Below, piece by piece: positions 21,068 to 32,030 of a DNA stretch of 64,000 bases; the stretch's first letter is position 1, and every line of letters starts with the position of its first letter. Source of the DNA: a virus. The position numbers and the translations under genes were made by a program. The stretch spans positions 792 to 64,791 of IMG/VR virus record IMGVR_UViG_3300033120_001036. One strand, given 5' to 3'. Below the pieces are notes generated by a model. The model was not told the origin of the DNA and searched no databases. It worked only from the letters and a program-made list of their open reading frames with translations.

Positions 21068-22273
21068 TTAAACTAATTTATTTTGAAAGTAGAAATCTGA
21101 AACAATAGGATAATATATAGGAGTCAACTCATTACTAATATCTGAAATTAAACCACCAGACATGTTTAGCATTCTGAAACCTCTTATTCTTGGTATGTGA
21201 AATTTTGGAATACTTAAGTCAACTTTTGGTGAAAAACTTTCATCAGAAACATATTTTATTCCTTGACAATTTTTCACAGACTGAAGTATGTCGTCCCATT
21301 CAAATCTTGAATTTTCTGACTCTACATATTTCAACTTTATAACGTTAGATATTTTTCTCTGTATTTCTTGCCTTATCTCCGAAGATGGAACAGATCCATC
21401 CATTTCAACTCTAAAAGAAATATCTATATTGAATATTGGTGAATTTATCAACTTAACTCCATAGAACTTTTTTGAACTTGGTCTATAATCTGTTATTGAT
21501 AGATACTTATTTGAATTTTGAAGTAAGTCTTCAAACTCCTCTTCAGTAAAAAAAGATCCATCTTGAGACATTACCGATATAACAGTTTTTCCAACTTCAT
21601 CTATTCCATTGTGAAATAATTTATAAATTCTTGGATTGTAATATAAAAAAGCTTGCTCCAATGATGACAGTGTACTTTTTGAGTTTACATTTGGGCCCTC
21701 TTTTATTCTCTTTCTCAAAGAATCGTCGCTCTCCATATCTCTACCCCCAGTAGCTTGAAACTCATTTGTTACATATTGATGCCCAACTGGTAAACCAGAT
21801 CCAGAGTTTATTTGAAAAGATTGAACGTTAGATTGCTCTCCGTACTCAACAGACCTTACTTGAATATACCCATATCCGTATTCGTTTACAGTAAAATCGT
21901 CTAATATTGTAAAATTTATACCAGAATCACTTTGAAAAACAACACTACTAGCTAAATAAATTGTAGAAGGTTCTGCCACAACTCTAACAAACGTTGTAGA
22001 TTGCAATGCTGAAAGTCTATTATCTATTCCACCCAATATTGAAGCTGAAATATCTAAATCTTGTCCACTACTATAATCTGGAAGCAGTCTACTAAAATAT
22101 ACACCTAAATCTTTTTCAGCTTTTGTTGCAACTTTTGCTGTAGCAAAAGCTATACCGCTTAAAATTGTATTTGGTGACACTTTTGTCACCTTATCTGTGT
22201 TGTTCAATAGGTTTTCTATATATAGCTCCTTATTGAACTTGTATGTATTGTTTTTTATAAAAAAATTTCTCAT
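21068..22273 (-). CDS. Baseplate J-like wedge protein
   Basis: SSGQDLD, TNEFQATGGRDMESDDSLRKR motifs. Confidence 0.88.
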   Translation of the reverse strand: MRNFFIKNNTYKFNKELYIENLLNNTDKVTKVSPNTILSGIAFATAKVATKAEKDLGVYFSRLLPDYSSGQDLDISASILGGIDNRLSALQSTTFVRVVAEPSTIYLASSVVFQSDSGINFTILDDFTVNEYGYGYIQVRSVEYGEQSNVQSFQINSGSGLPVGHQYVTNEFQATGGRDMESDDSLRKRIKEGPNVNSKSTLSSLEQAFLYYNPRIYKLFHNGIDEVGKTVISVMSQDGSFFTEEEFEDLLQNSNKYLSITDYRPSSKKFYGVKLINSPIFNIDISFRVEMDGSVPSSEIRQEIQRKISNVIKLKYVESENSRFEWDDILQSVKNCQGIKYVSDESFSPKVDLSIPKFHIPRIRGFRMLNMSGGLISDISNELTPIYYPIVSDFYFQNKLV

Positions 22274-23187
22274 ATAGTCGATGAGTTTGGTATTATCTCT
22301 CCAAAAACTGTTTCTACAACAAAACTTAAATGAAAATTGTCACTCTCCTTTTTGAATTCATTTATTACAAACGAAGTGAAAGTTTTATCTGTTTTGAAAT
22401 TTTCATTCAATTGTCTTGTGAGAACTGGTACTGAAAAAATATTGTAATTTGAACCTAGAAAAAAATCTTTTTGTATACCTATTTCTGGAAACTCAGGGTT
22501 GTCGTTTTTACATAAATTTGCTAAAATATTTACAGACTGTAAAGCTGTTTCGCTAAACCCAAGAGATGCAAGATCTTGATTTTCGAATGTTAAAATCTTA
22601 TTTATATCTTTACCATAACAACTTTTACCATTTATGGTATCTACAACGTCTTCTAACGATAAAGTAAAATCATAACTATTTACTGGTAAATTTAAAATTA
22701 ATCCTCCATTAGAATCGTAATCTGTTTCAAGCAAATTATTATTTATCGCTATATCAACCCAATCGTCTTGAAAACTATCTGAATTATTCACTTTTCTAGA
22801 AACTGATTCTAGATTTTGATTTTGTGAAAGTTGATAATTTATTTGATTAGATTCTCTATATCCAAATGCTGTTATTGAAGATCTCAACCATTTATTTAAA
22901 ACGTATACACTTTTTATGGAAGTATCTACTGCTTCAATTTTTTCTAGTAAATAACTAATGTCTACATTTTTAAAATCAAATTGATCTATTAGGTTTAACA
23001 ATATTTCTACTTTAGAATTTATGTAGTCTAAGTTCTCATAATGCTTATTGCTGATGTCTGTTTTTTGTCCAGAATAATACTTTATTAATTCCAAATAGTC
23101 ACTTTGAAAAAATATACCAATCTCTATGAAAAGTAGATTTATATCAAACCCAGTATTTTTTTTAAATTTTTCTAAAACCTTATCCAT
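22270..23187 (-). CDS. Baseplate protein (possible LysM-like plus gp25-like regions)
   Basis: Position before baseplate J; DWVDIAINNNL and DNPEFPEIGI motifs. Confidence 0.55.
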   Translation of the reverse strand: MDKVLEKFKKNTGFDINLLFIEIGIFFQSDYLELIKYYSGQKTDISNKHYENLDYINSKVEILLNLIDQFDFKNVDISYLLEKIEAVDTSIKSVYVLNKWLRSSITAFGYRESNQINYQLSQNQNLESVSRKVNNSDSFQDDWVDIAINNNLLETDYDSNGGLILNLPVNSYDFTLSLEDVVDTINGKSCYGKDINKILTFENQDLASLGFSETALQSVNILANLCKNDNPEFPEIGIQKDFFLGSNYNIFSVPVLTRQLNENFKTDKTFTSFVINEFKKESDNFHLSFVVETVFGEIIPNSSTI

Positions 23188-24031
23188 TATTTTCTTTATT
23201 TAGGAAATTATTGAAAATGTTAGATAGATTACCACTTTTTATATCTTCCAATTTTAAACCACTTCTAGCAACAGAATATAATGTTTTAACACCGTAATAT
23301 CCTATTGAAGATTCTATAGCGTTCAGAGCTTTGTTTGCTATATTTTGAGCTACATAGTCAGCACTCAAACTAACATTATCATTAAAATTAGATCCACTTC
23401 TTGAAATTGAATCTGATGGAGCTAAAGCTTTTAATGTAAGATTATATCTCCAAATCATATTATTAGATCCAACTTCTTGACTGAATCTTAAACTAGTTGG
23501 TTTTACTATGAATTTTTGATTGAATGATGGGTTGTAAAAATATAGAATTCTTGGACCAAGTTCGTCAACTACTTTAGATTGTTGCATTAAATCTTCTAAA
23601 ACCTTAGTAGTACCATATCCAGTTTTCACTTTGTTGTCGAAAGATCCAATTATTTTTTTTAACTTATCTCCAAGCGGTAAACCCTCTATATAGTTTGTCA
23701 TATTAGAGAATGTATCTCCTATAAGAACCTTAAAACCTCTACCAAAAGTGCCAGTTAACGATATATCGTGAGGTATAAAATTTGGTGAAGATATTGCAGT
23801 AATACCAGCAGATGTTTTTTTAATATTGTTGTTAAAAGATACTTCATCTGAGAAACTTTCTGGCATTACTGGGAAAACAAAATAAGATAGAGTTTTGTTA
23901 GATTTAGCAGCCACAAGTTCGAATGCGCACATATATAATTCAAAGTCATCTGGATAAGCTGAATTAACTGCTGCAGATCCTACATTTTGAATTAAATTAA
24001 GTGCTTTTGACGCAACATCTACAAGACTCAT
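23180..24031 (-). CDS. Baseplate / tube-initiator-like structural protein
   Basis: FVFPVMPES, ISLTGTFGR and WRYNLTLKA motifs; baseplate context. Confidence 0.55.
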   Translation of the reverse strand: MSLVDVASKALNLIQNVGSAAVNSAYPDDFELYMCAFELVAAKSNKTLSYFVFPVMPESFSDEVSFNNNIKKTSAGITAISSPNFIPHDISLTGTFGRGFKVLIGDTFSNMTNYIEGLPLGDKLKKIIGSFDNKVKTGYGTTKVLEDLMQQSKVVDELGPRILYFYNPSFNQKFIVKPTSLRFSQEVGSNNMIWRYNLTLKALAPSDSISRSGSNFNDNVSLSADYVAQNIANKALNAIESSIGYYGVKTLYSVARSGLKLEDIKSGNLSNIFNNFLNKENNG

Positions 24032-24047
24032 TAAACTTTATTTTTTA

Positions 24048-24055
24048 CAAATATA
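24048..24055 (-). promoter_or_regulatory. -7 promoter box TATATTTG
   Basis: Consensus match in a short intergenic gap. Confidence 0.55.
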
Positions 24056-24058
24056 CAA

Positions 24059-24700
24059 TTATTTTAGTGGACTTTCCAAAACTATTGGTTGAACATTCGT
24101 AGCTGGCCCACCAGACGGAGAAGTTGTTACAATTATACTACCAGGTGGTGCTATAAAAGATGCAGATTTTATAGCTTCATGAATCATAGACTCCATTTTT
24201 TTAGAATACAGAGATATTTGAGCGTCATAATTAAATTTTTTATAATTTGCTTTAGTTATTTTCCCTAATTTCTGTAGAGAATTATGTACCTTGTCTGATA
24301 TTAAATTATAAACATTATCTTTTATAGTGTCTACTTCATCTATTACAAATTCTTCACTTAAAGATTTTATAGTTTTCTCAGTGAAAGATCTTAAATCTTT
24401 ATCTACAGATTTCATAACAAAATCTATTACTGTATCAATATCTTCAACTTTGTTTAATGGTATTTTATCTAAAGCTTTAGATATTTTAGCGTTAACAAAT
24501 GCACTATTTTTATCCAATATAGACATAGCTATATTTGCTAGTTCTGACTTGGGATCTACTTTAAGTGCTTTAAATAAGCTAACCATATCTTTTCCTGTAA
24601 AAGACTCAACTACATTTATTACTTCTTTTATAGCAGTTATAAAGCCCTGAACTTTTATAAAAAGTGAATATGTGTTTGAAAGTATACCTGGAATTAACAT
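24059..24700 (-). CDS. Hypothetical baseplate-associated protein
   Basis: 213 aa following the spike-like gene. Confidence 0.6.
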   Translation of the reverse strand: MLIPGILSNTYSLFIKVQGFITAIKEVINVVESFTGKDMVSLFKALKVDPKSELANIAMSILDKNSAFVNAKISKALDKIPLNKVEDIDTVIDFVMKSVDKDLRSFTEKTIKSLSEEFVIDEVDTIKDNVYNLISDKVHNSLQKLGKITKANYKKFNYDAQISLYSKKMESMIHEAIKSASFIAPPGSIIVTTSPSGGPATNVQPIVLESPLK

Positions 24701-24704
24701 TTTA

Positions 24705-25706
24705 TTAGTTTAAAAATCCGTATCTTGATAATATTTTTTTAGTTTTCAACATAAATGAAACAACTTGAGCTTTGTTGTATATCGGCATCAAACCCATAGG
24801 TGTAACTACTTGTATTTTAGAAATTTCTTGTATTAAGTCGTCAAGCATTTTTTTCAATATATTTCCTAAAACCATAGCTTCTTCACCTCCATTAAGTTGC
24901 AACTTTTTGGTTTTTATTTTAACATTTTCAGAACCAGAAAGATTAAGAAACTGTGTTGCTATTATTCTTATAAAATCTTCATCTACATCTATAGAACTTA
25001 TCTTAGTAAAATCTTCACCAACACATAATTTAAATCTTTCTAATGCATTTATAAAATGCTTAAAAGTCTGACTTTCTATTTTTTTAGAAGTCATTTCATC
25101 GTAAGAAAAATTATCTAATATTTTTTCATCCTCTACCTTTCTTATATTTTTTACATTAGATATTTGCTCTATATTTTTTGAAGCTTTCGTCATGTGACTA
25201 CCAGCAACTCTAAAATTTATACTACTATTTTCTGTTTTGTCTATAGCTGAAATTGTAATATTAGTTGGTTTTTTAGCGTAAGCTCCAACTGAAATAGATC
25301 CATTTTTAGAATTTCCAGTTATTTCAACAAATGAATCTCCAAGTTGTCTAACTAATCTAAATGAATCTTCTTCTTGTCTTTTATATCCTGCAGAAGATCC
25401 TATTATTGAAACAACATATATTTGACCAAGTAGCGGATCATTTACCCAAACTACTCTAGAACCTAATTGACCAAATTTATCTGGAAAAATAATATCGTTA
25501 AATATCTGTTGACTAGCTGGAACATTATTTCTATTACCTTCGCCCTCTATAAAAATAGTTAAGTTACAATTCTTTAAGCAATTGTAGATATAATCTTGTC
25601 TTTTTATATCAAACTCATCTGGTAAAACTACATAGCCAATACCTGAAGAATATCTTTCAGAATTACTAGGTTGTCTACTTACTGAATCACTACTATTTTG
25701 AGTCAT
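24705..25706 (-). CDS. Baseplate central spike (gp5/gpV-like)
   Basis: OB-like N-terminus (FPDKFGQLGSRVVWV), beta-repeat middle, EAMVLGN C-terminus; follows the hub gene. Confidence 0.6.
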   Translation of the reverse strand: MTQNSSDSVSRQPSNSERYSSGIGYVVLPDEFDIKRQDYIYNCLKNCNLTIFIEGEGNRNNVPASQQIFNDIIFPDKFGQLGSRVVWVNDPLLGQIYVVSIIGSSAGYKRQEEDSFRLVRQLGDSFVEITGNSKNGSISVGAYAKKPTNITISAIDKTENSSINFRVAGSHMTKASKNIEQISNVKNIRKVEDEKILDNFSYDEMTSKKIESQTFKHFINALERFKLCVGEDFTKISSIDVDEDFIRIIATQFLNLSGSENVKIKTKKLQLNGGEEAMVLGNILKKMLDDLIQEISKIQVVTPMGLMPIYNKAQVVSFMLKTKKILSRYGFLN

Positions 25707-28700
25707 TTAATTGTTGTCTTCTTAAAAAGAAATTTAAAACTTCCTTATTTATTTTTATATCGTTGTATAGTGAATCCATATCAACAGAAGAAATATTTTT
25801 AGTAGTAGTAGAGCTTGTTTCCACAATTCTTTCATTTACTCTTCTCTGTTCTGTTTTTGTAAATCTATTTTTTGAAAAAAACATATTTACCTCTTTCTTT
25901 CTTCTTTCCTTTAATCCAGTTAGAACTTTTCCAGATCCAGCTTCTGTAATTGCAACAGATAACCAATAGTTCTTTAAATTAGAGGCTGTTATTTCATTTC
26001 TATCATAAAGGTACGCTCTAAGTTTAGAAGAAAAAGTTCTATACTTATTTTCAAACCAAGTGGCATACTCTGCAGTGTTGTAAACAATATCAACGTATGC
26101 ATCAAACTCTTCTTGATACATGTTTGGGTGGAGCGATAAGGCCGTTCTTTCTCTTTGTTCTATGTCTGAAATTAACCAATTTTTTATTTGATCTTTTGTT
26201 ACTCCAGATCCTGGTGGGTTTTGCCTCAATTCAGATGGACTTAATTTATGACCATAACCAGCACTATATCCGTCTCCGTCTTTGTATACATAAGAAGTTC
26301 CAGGATTTATCCCAGACTCTTCTCTAACAAGAAACTGCAGTCCATTACTGCTTAAACCTTTTGCGTAAGAATCTGGCATATTTATTGCGCTTTCTTCTTC
26401 TACAATACTTTGACTTACTATAGTTTCACTAACTTGTTTATTTTTTAGATACGAATTAAAGTTTATTTTTGTTTTAGCTATATTAAAATAACTAACAATT
26501 TCACTTATACCATCAACTCTAACACCATATATATAATCCAAAATCATGCCTCTACTAACATCAACAGTAGTTACTCTATCAACACCAGAATCTCCCATTT
26601 TATATGAATGGTAAACGCCTTCTATATAGAAAACTTCATTTGTTGGTTTATAATATAGGTATTGACCTCTCTTGAGTCTTCTATCACCATTTAAAGTTAG
26701 TTTACCTTTTCTAGTGAAAGGTAGATGCACATTACTTTCTATTATAAAAAGAAGATCTAATATTAATTGTCTGTCTACTAAAGATAATGGTATTATTTTA
26801 TTTTCTACTTTCTGTTCTGCATTATACATCACGTAATTATCTTCTATTTGAAGTAATTTGTTTCCGTATATTTCTACTAGTTCTTTAAATATTTTTGGTT
26901 TCGAATAAAACATAGCCATATTGTTTCCAAAACCCTGCATTGCACCTTTTGGCATAACATGATACCATGTATAGCAATTGTCGTCGTCAAAATCCAAAGA
27001 TTCTTTTATTAAGTTAGAATCTTCTACAGTTACCATAGAATTTCCAACAAAAGTATTGCTTTCAGAATATCTTACACCAGTAACTGAACTAGAAACTAAA
27101 TTGGCTATATTTTGTATTTTATTTTCTTCAGTAATAACCCTTCCTTCTATATGACTTATTACTGTATTTTGAGTAAATGGTGGAACTCTAGCCATGAAAT
27201 AAAATCTATCAAAATAAGTATCTGAATAGAATTCTATAAATGGTTCTTGGCAAACTCTTCTAAAAAAGTTTACCAAAGATCCCTCAGCTAATGATAGACT
27301 TGAATCAACAACTGTTCTGTTATTTATGGATGGATCAAATCCTAGTGTAACTATTTTCCATATACCCTTTTCATCAAAACTAGTTGTCGGTAATGGATCT
27401 TTGTTGGCATTTCTTTTCTTTATTACGTAATTTGCTATTAAATTAAGTAAATATTTATCTTCACTGTTTAGATCACAAGAAGAATTAATGTCTCTAGAAT
27501 TCTTTGGTAGAAAAATGTTAGAAAAACTTTTCCAAGGTAAGTCGTTTACAAAATTAGTGTCGTAACCTTCAAAATTAAATCCAGGTAAAATGCCATCTAT
27601 AGTTAATTTGTTTGAATTATCTGCTTGTTCACAGTAATCAACTATTTTATTGAAAATGCTTTGTTTTTGTAAACTACTAACTGTTTCATATTGAAATCTA
27701 TCTTTCACTATTTGCTCTATAGCGAAAAAAGCATCAAATCTAGTTTTCTCCAACAACTTTAAATACTCCAAATCATTAGATTGTCTGGTTTTCAAAACAG
27801 AATCTATGTCTATAGAAGAAGTTTGAGAATAATATCTAAATAGTTTTGAATTAACTATTTTAATTGAAGCCAAAGCGTCTATGAAAAACTTTATAAGTTG
27901 TTGTGGTGTTTTTAGTTTAAATTCAGCTAATGGTTTTAAAGCTCCACTTAAGTCTCTTAAATTTTCATTATTTACAGCTTGATTTGGGTTTGTATACATA
28001 GATGGTATGTAATAAGCACCATCCTCTATTATAAGCTTTGTCAAATCTCTTCCAGCTATTGAAATAGACACGTCAACGCTTTCTGGAGAATATAGAATCT
28101 TTGAAGAATCAACCAAACCTATCATATCGTAGATTTTATTTGGAAGATCTTTTTCAGATATATTTAGCTTAGTAGAGTCTTTCAATCTATCAGTTTGTTC
28201 CATGAACAATGACTCATATCTTATAAAAACTATGTCGTTTTGACTTATTATATTGTGAAAGAAGTATTTAGACCTCTTCATTTTACCTTTTGCATTCTTT
28301 TCAAAGGTAGAATGTTGAGATACGTGATTTATTTTACCATCATGTTTGTAGAACTTTATTTCTTCTTTTTTTAAAACCCAATTTCCATCAGCGCTCATTC
28401 TACAAGTTATTGGCGGTAATTCTAAATTAAAAGCACCACCACCTTTTGTTACACTAGTATTGCAACTTTCTATAAATGGAGTCAAATCAAAAATTTGCCC
28501 ATCTTGATTGTTTTTTCCTGATAAAGCTCTGCACCATATCCACACTGTGATGTTTGGATAATCATTTACTAATGTGTTTTCATTGCTATTTTTTATGACT
28601 CTATACCCTTTGTCTGCTTCTAGTTCTGTCAACAGTTTAGCTTTAAAAGCAACATCTGGCATAGAAACAACTTTTACGTTTTTTCCAAGAATGTTTGCAC

Positions 28701-28971
28701 CATTAGATTTATCTGCTTTTTCTTTTGGTATAGTAAGATAAACACCTATATTGAGTTTTAAGTTTAATCCAGATCCTTGACTTAATTTCTCTCTACCTAT
28801 AAACGATTCTTTTATTCTAGTCTCATTTGTTACACCACTTGAATCTTTGTATGACAAAAATTCTGAAACAGATTTTCCTTTAAATGGGTAAGCTGAAGAA
28901 TTCAATAGTTCTCCAACTGTTTTTATTGTTGGATCTGAATGTTCGTACGTATAGAAGTCTAATTGAGTCAT
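25693..28971 (-). CDS. Baseplate hub / tail lysin with C-terminal GH24 lysozyme domain
   Basis: Hub motifs (IAGRDLTK, EPFIEFY, FYIEGVYHSY) plus REES..YKDGDG.SAGYGH, EFDA.V...YN, GLKERRKKE. Confidence 0.85.
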   Translation of the reverse strand: MTQLDFYTYEHSDPTIKTVGELLNSSAYPFKGKSVSEFLSYKDSSGVTNETRIKESFIGREKLSQGSGLNLKLNIGVYLTIPKEKADKSNGANILGKNVKVVSMPDVAFKAKLLTELEADKGYRVIKNSNENTLVNDYPNITVWIWCRALSGKNNQDGQIFDLTPFIESCNTSVTKGGGAFNLELPPITCRMSADGNWVLKKEEIKFYKHDGKINHVSQHSTFEKNAKGKMKRSKYFFHNIISQNDIVFIRYESLFMEQTDRLKDSTKLNISEKDLPNKIYDMIGLVDSSKILYSPESVDVSISIAGRDLTKLIIEDGAYYIPSMYTNPNQAVNNENLRDLSGALKPLAEFKLKTPQQLIKFFIDALASIKIVNSKLFRYYSQTSSIDIDSVLKTRQSNDLEYLKLLEKTRFDAFFAIEQIVKDRFQYETVSSLQKQSIFNKIVDYCEQADNSNKLTIDGILPGFNFEGYDTNFVNDLPWKSFSNIFLPKNSRDINSSCDLNSEDKYLLNLIANYVIKKRNANKDPLPTTSFDEKGIWKIVTLGFDPSINNRTVVDSSLSLAEGSLVNFFRRVCQEPFIEFYSDTYFDRFYFMARVPPFTQNTVISHIEGRVITEENKIQNIANLVSSSVTGVRYSESNTFVGNSMVTVEDSNLIKESLDFDDDNCYTWYHVMPKGAMQGFGNNMAMFYSKPKIFKELVEIYGNKLLQIEDNYVMYNAEQKVENKIIPLSLVDRQLILDLLFIIESNVHLPFTRKGKLTLNGDRRLKRGQYLYYKPTNEVFYIEGVYHSYKMGDSGVDRVTTVDVSRGMILDYIYGVRVDGISEIVSYFNIAKTKINFNSYLKNKQVSETIVSQSIVEEESAINMPDSYAKGLSSNGLQFLVREESGINPGTSYVYKDGDGYSAGYGHKLSPSELRQNPPGSGVTKDQIKNWLISDIEQRERTALSLHPNMYQEEFDAYVDIVYNTAEYATWFENKYRTFSSKLRAYLYDRNEITASNLKNYWLSVAITEAGSGKVLTGLKERRKKEVNMFFSKNRFTKTEQRRVNERIVETSSTTTKNISSVDMDSLYNDIKINKEVLNFFLRRQQLNDSK

Positions 28972-31220
28972 TATCTATTTTCTAGTTCCCAAAGAGATTT
29001 TGGTGCATAACTTGGTGCGTATCTTGTCGTAGTAGCTTTTTTGCCACCAGGATTTACTGGAACGTTTTCTAGCGGAGATCCTCTATCAAGCCTTAAGTAA
29101 CCATTGGAAACATTTATTGTTGCTCCAGAAAAAGCTTGTTTGATTGCTGCTACCATAGATTCTCCAACTTTTAACATTCCATCGGTAGCACCTCTAACAA
29201 AAGCATTTTCAATTGAAGCTTCATTTTTTTGATTCAACGTAGTGTACTTGCTAGCTTCATCTTCCATAAAAGCGCTACCAAATTTTCCAGAACTGAATTC
29301 TTTATCAGAGTAATTTTTTATAGTATCCCAATTATCAAATATCTCTCTAGAAGCAGATGTGTTTAATCCAAATAAACCACTTATGCCGCCAATTTTAGAA
29401 GATTTATCTGTAGTTGAACCCATTATGCTGCCAACCATTCCTTTGAAATATTCAGCATTCTTAATTCCACCCTCTCTAATTTCTAAAAGCTCAGATGAAT
29501 CTTTATTTGGAAATATACCTCTAAGTACATTCCAGCTCATTGCGTCAAAAACATCATTCTTAGGTTTTGAAAGACCTTCATTTATGGAGTTTATGTTCCC
29601 CATAGATCTAAAATCTTTAGTGTCAAATTGACCACCTATTTTGTTGAACATCTCAAGTCTATTATATGTCTCTGCATCAGAAACTTTACTAGATGACGAC
29701 AATAGTGTTCTTTGAAACTGAGAAAACTTTTGCAAAAATTCTGGTAGGAAAGTTCTATCACCTCCACTAAAATATGAAGATTGGCCTCTATTTAAAACAC
29801 CACCAATTGTAGTTGCAATGTCTTTTCCAGTGTTTCTTTGTATTTCTACTAATGAGTAAGTAATGTTTTTATCTATACCTAAACCTTTCTCAGCGCTTAA
29901 AGCTGTTCTAGTTATGTTTACGTCGTCTCTTTTTGATCCAGCAGTTCTGGCAGCTATAAGTTGTTCCCTCTGATATTTTTCAAAAGTTACACCTATTTTC
30001 TCCAAATCATTAAATATTCCAGAATTTTGATTCTGACTTATCATTGATTCTGCAGCAGTAGTATCTGAAACTCTAGCAGATCTTTCTTTTAATAATTTTT
30101 GTTTTGCTGAAGAAGAAGTGTTCGCTATTATTGAATCATACCAACCAAAATCTTCTTCTGCTATCTTTTCTTTAGCTTTCTGTAGTTTATCATTTGGTGA
30201 ATTTTTTAACGTACTGGAGATAAGGTTTCTATAACCACTAGAATCTACGTTTGATCCAGTTGCAGCACTATATGAGAAAATAGCTCCCTCTAGTTTATTT
30301 CTCTCCTCATAGGTTCTCATTGAAGCTTCACCTAAAACCTTCAAACTACCCTCAGCCATTTCACCAAAAACTGGAGCTAATAATTTTCCAGCACCAGGAA
30401 TCATTGCAGATAGTGATTGCGTAATCATACCACCCATATTCGCTGTCAAATCAACTGCAGATCTTAATATGTCCGACCCGTCATTTGATCTTACAAAACC
30501 TTGAGCTGCAGACGTTATAGCTGATAGTCTTCTAGATTGAGTTAAGGCGCCAATTACTGATTCAATACCCCTACCATCATCTTGTTTTTCAACTTTTTTA
30601 TCTTGAAAATATTCAAGATCTTTAGAAGATAAACCCTCAGATACGCCTTTATTTTTTAACTCTTCCCTTATTGTAGCAGCAACCATTCTATCGCCCTCAC
30701 TATCAGACGATTCAAGTTCTTTTATTTTATCAGCTAACGAAATTGTGTTTTGTTTTGCTGCATTTATTGTGTTTCTAGCGGCTTCTCTAGACGAAGATAT
30801 TAATTCAGATATTTGACTTGCCTCAAAAGTTCTTTCTCTATGTAGATTAGTGTTTTCCTTATTAGCGTATCTATATCTTTCTTCTATATTTTTAGACTCA
30901 TCTTTGGCAAATCCTTCGACTTTGTTCCCTTGACCTCTACTTTTCATGAGGTTAATCTTCTCCCTCATTGCTTTATAAGACTCTTCCCTTTGTTGTCTTA
31001 TAGCCTGCCTGTCTTCTTCGTAAGCTGTTCTAGATTGAGATCTTAAATTTTTCTCAGCTTCCCTTAAAATTTTTTCCTGCTGTGAAGCTACGTTTGAATA
31101 TCTTTGAGCATCCTTTATTAGATCGCTATACATAGTGTTTCCAGAAGCTTTGATCTTATCAAAAGCACTAGTAACGCCATTTGGGTTTGCTGTAAATGTA
31201 TAACTTCTATTTTCGCTCAT
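28971..31220 (-). CDS. Tape measure protein
   Basis: 749-aa helical Ala/Gly/Ser-rich protein between chaperones and hub. Confidence 0.75.
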   Translation of the reverse strand: MSENRSYTFTANPNGVTSAFDKIKASGNTMYSDLIKDAQRYSNVASQQEKILREAEKNLRSQSRTAYEEDRQAIRQQREESYKAMREKINLMKSRGQGNKVEGFAKDESKNIEERYRYANKENTNLHRERTFEASQISELISSSREAARNTINAAKQNTISLADKIKELESSDSEGDRMVAATIREELKNKGVSEGLSSKDLEYFQDKKVEKQDDGRGIESVIGALTQSRRLSAITSAAQGFVRSNDGSDILRSAVDLTANMGGMITQSLSAMIPGAGKLLAPVFGEMAEGSLKVLGEASMRTYEERNKLEGAIFSYSAATGSNVDSSGYRNLISSTLKNSPNDKLQKAKEKIAEEDFGWYDSIIANTSSSAKQKLLKERSARVSDTTAAESMISQNQNSGIFNDLEKIGVTFEKYQREQLIAARTAGSKRDDVNITRTALSAEKGLGIDKNITYSLVEIQRNTGKDIATTIGGVLNRGQSSYFSGGDRTFLPEFLQKFSQFQRTLLSSSSKVSDAETYNRLEMFNKIGGQFDTKDFRSMGNINSINEGLSKPKNDVFDAMSWNVLRGIFPNKDSSELLEIREGGIKNAEYFKGMVGSIMGSTTDKSSKIGGISGLFGLNTSASREIFDNWDTIKNYSDKEFSSGKFGSAFMEDEASKYTTLNQKNEASIENAFVRGATDGMLKVGESMVAAIKQAFSGATINVSNGYLRLDRGSPLENVPVNPGGKKATTTRYAPSYAPKSLWELENR

Positions 31221-31537
31221 TCTGTTTCTATGTTGCTATAAAGATCACCAATGTCAATGTTTCTAAATTCATCGTCTGAAATTGAATTATTTTTTACATT
31301 GCTCAACAATTTACCAGTTTGCTTCAATCTATCCTCTTTTTCTATTTCTAGTTTTATTTTTTCAGAAACTGACTCAAACTCCTTATCTTCGATATATTCC
31401 AAAACTTGCGATATTGGATCTACTTCTAAATGCTGTTTTGAAAACAATGGAATTTTCCATTTTTCTCTCCACCATCTGTCTAAAGGAAATCTATTATTCC
31501 ATTGAATGATATAATCTCTACCATCACCCTTTGTCAT
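31217..31537 (-). CDS. Tail assembly chaperone (T-like, downstream part)
   Basis: Directly upstream of the tape measure; overlaps the preceding ORF in the +1 frame. Confidence 0.6.
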   Translation of the reverse strand: MTKGDGRDYIIQWNNRFPLDRWWREKWKIPLFSKQHLEVDPISQVLEYIEDKEFESVSEKIKLEIEKEDRLKQTGKLLSNVKNNSISDDEFRNIDIGDLYSNIETE

Positions 31538-31919
31538 TTGTTGCTGTCGATTCTTTACTAATTGGATTCAATAAAAAATTAGTCCATTGTTGAAACCAAG
31601 GTAAATATTGATTCATGTAAGAATCATACAGCAATCTACCATGAACTAATGATAATTTATTTAAATCGCTATAATTAATATCTTCAGTAAATCCAGGTAG
31701 TAATACAGAGTAAGATGCTATTGCATCTATTACTATTTTATTAAACCAACCAGCGTCATCTACTCTTTTTGCTAAATTGTGATAATCGCCGTTCGCTAGA
31801 TTGCTTTTTTCTTTTTCAATCCTTTTAAAGCTACCAAATGTCAAATCAATAGATTTGTAAACTTTTCCATCTATCGTTACAGATACAGATGAAGTTGGAA
31901 CTGTCTTATCTACGCTCAT
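31524..31919 (-). CDS. Tail assembly chaperone (G-like)
   Basis: Canonical position between tube and tape measure. Confidence 0.6.
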   Translation of the reverse strand: MSVDKTVPTSSVSVTIDGKVYKSIDLTFGSFKRIEKEKSNLANGDYHNLAKRVDDAGWFNKIVIDAIASYSVLLPGFTEDINYSDLNKLSLVHGRLLYDSYMNQYLPWFQQWTNFLLNPISKESTATNDKG

Positions 31920-31940
31920 TACTTTATGTTTTATGTTTTA

Positions 31941-31948
31941 CAAAATTA
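31941..31948 (-). promoter_or_regulatory. -7 promoter box TAATTTTG
   Basis: Consensus match upstream of 31919. Confidence 0.5.
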
Positions 31949-31962
31949 AGTATTTTTACACT

Positions 31963-31997
31963 AAAAAAGCAACCAAAAATTTAATTTCAGTTGCTTT
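31963..31997 (-). terminator. Intrinsic terminator
   Basis: aaagcaac...gttgcttt stem followed by a T-run on the minus strand, after ORF 32031. Confidence 0.6.
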
Positions 31998-32030
31998 AAA
32001 ATATGGGGTTTTTCTATTTAATCTAAATAA

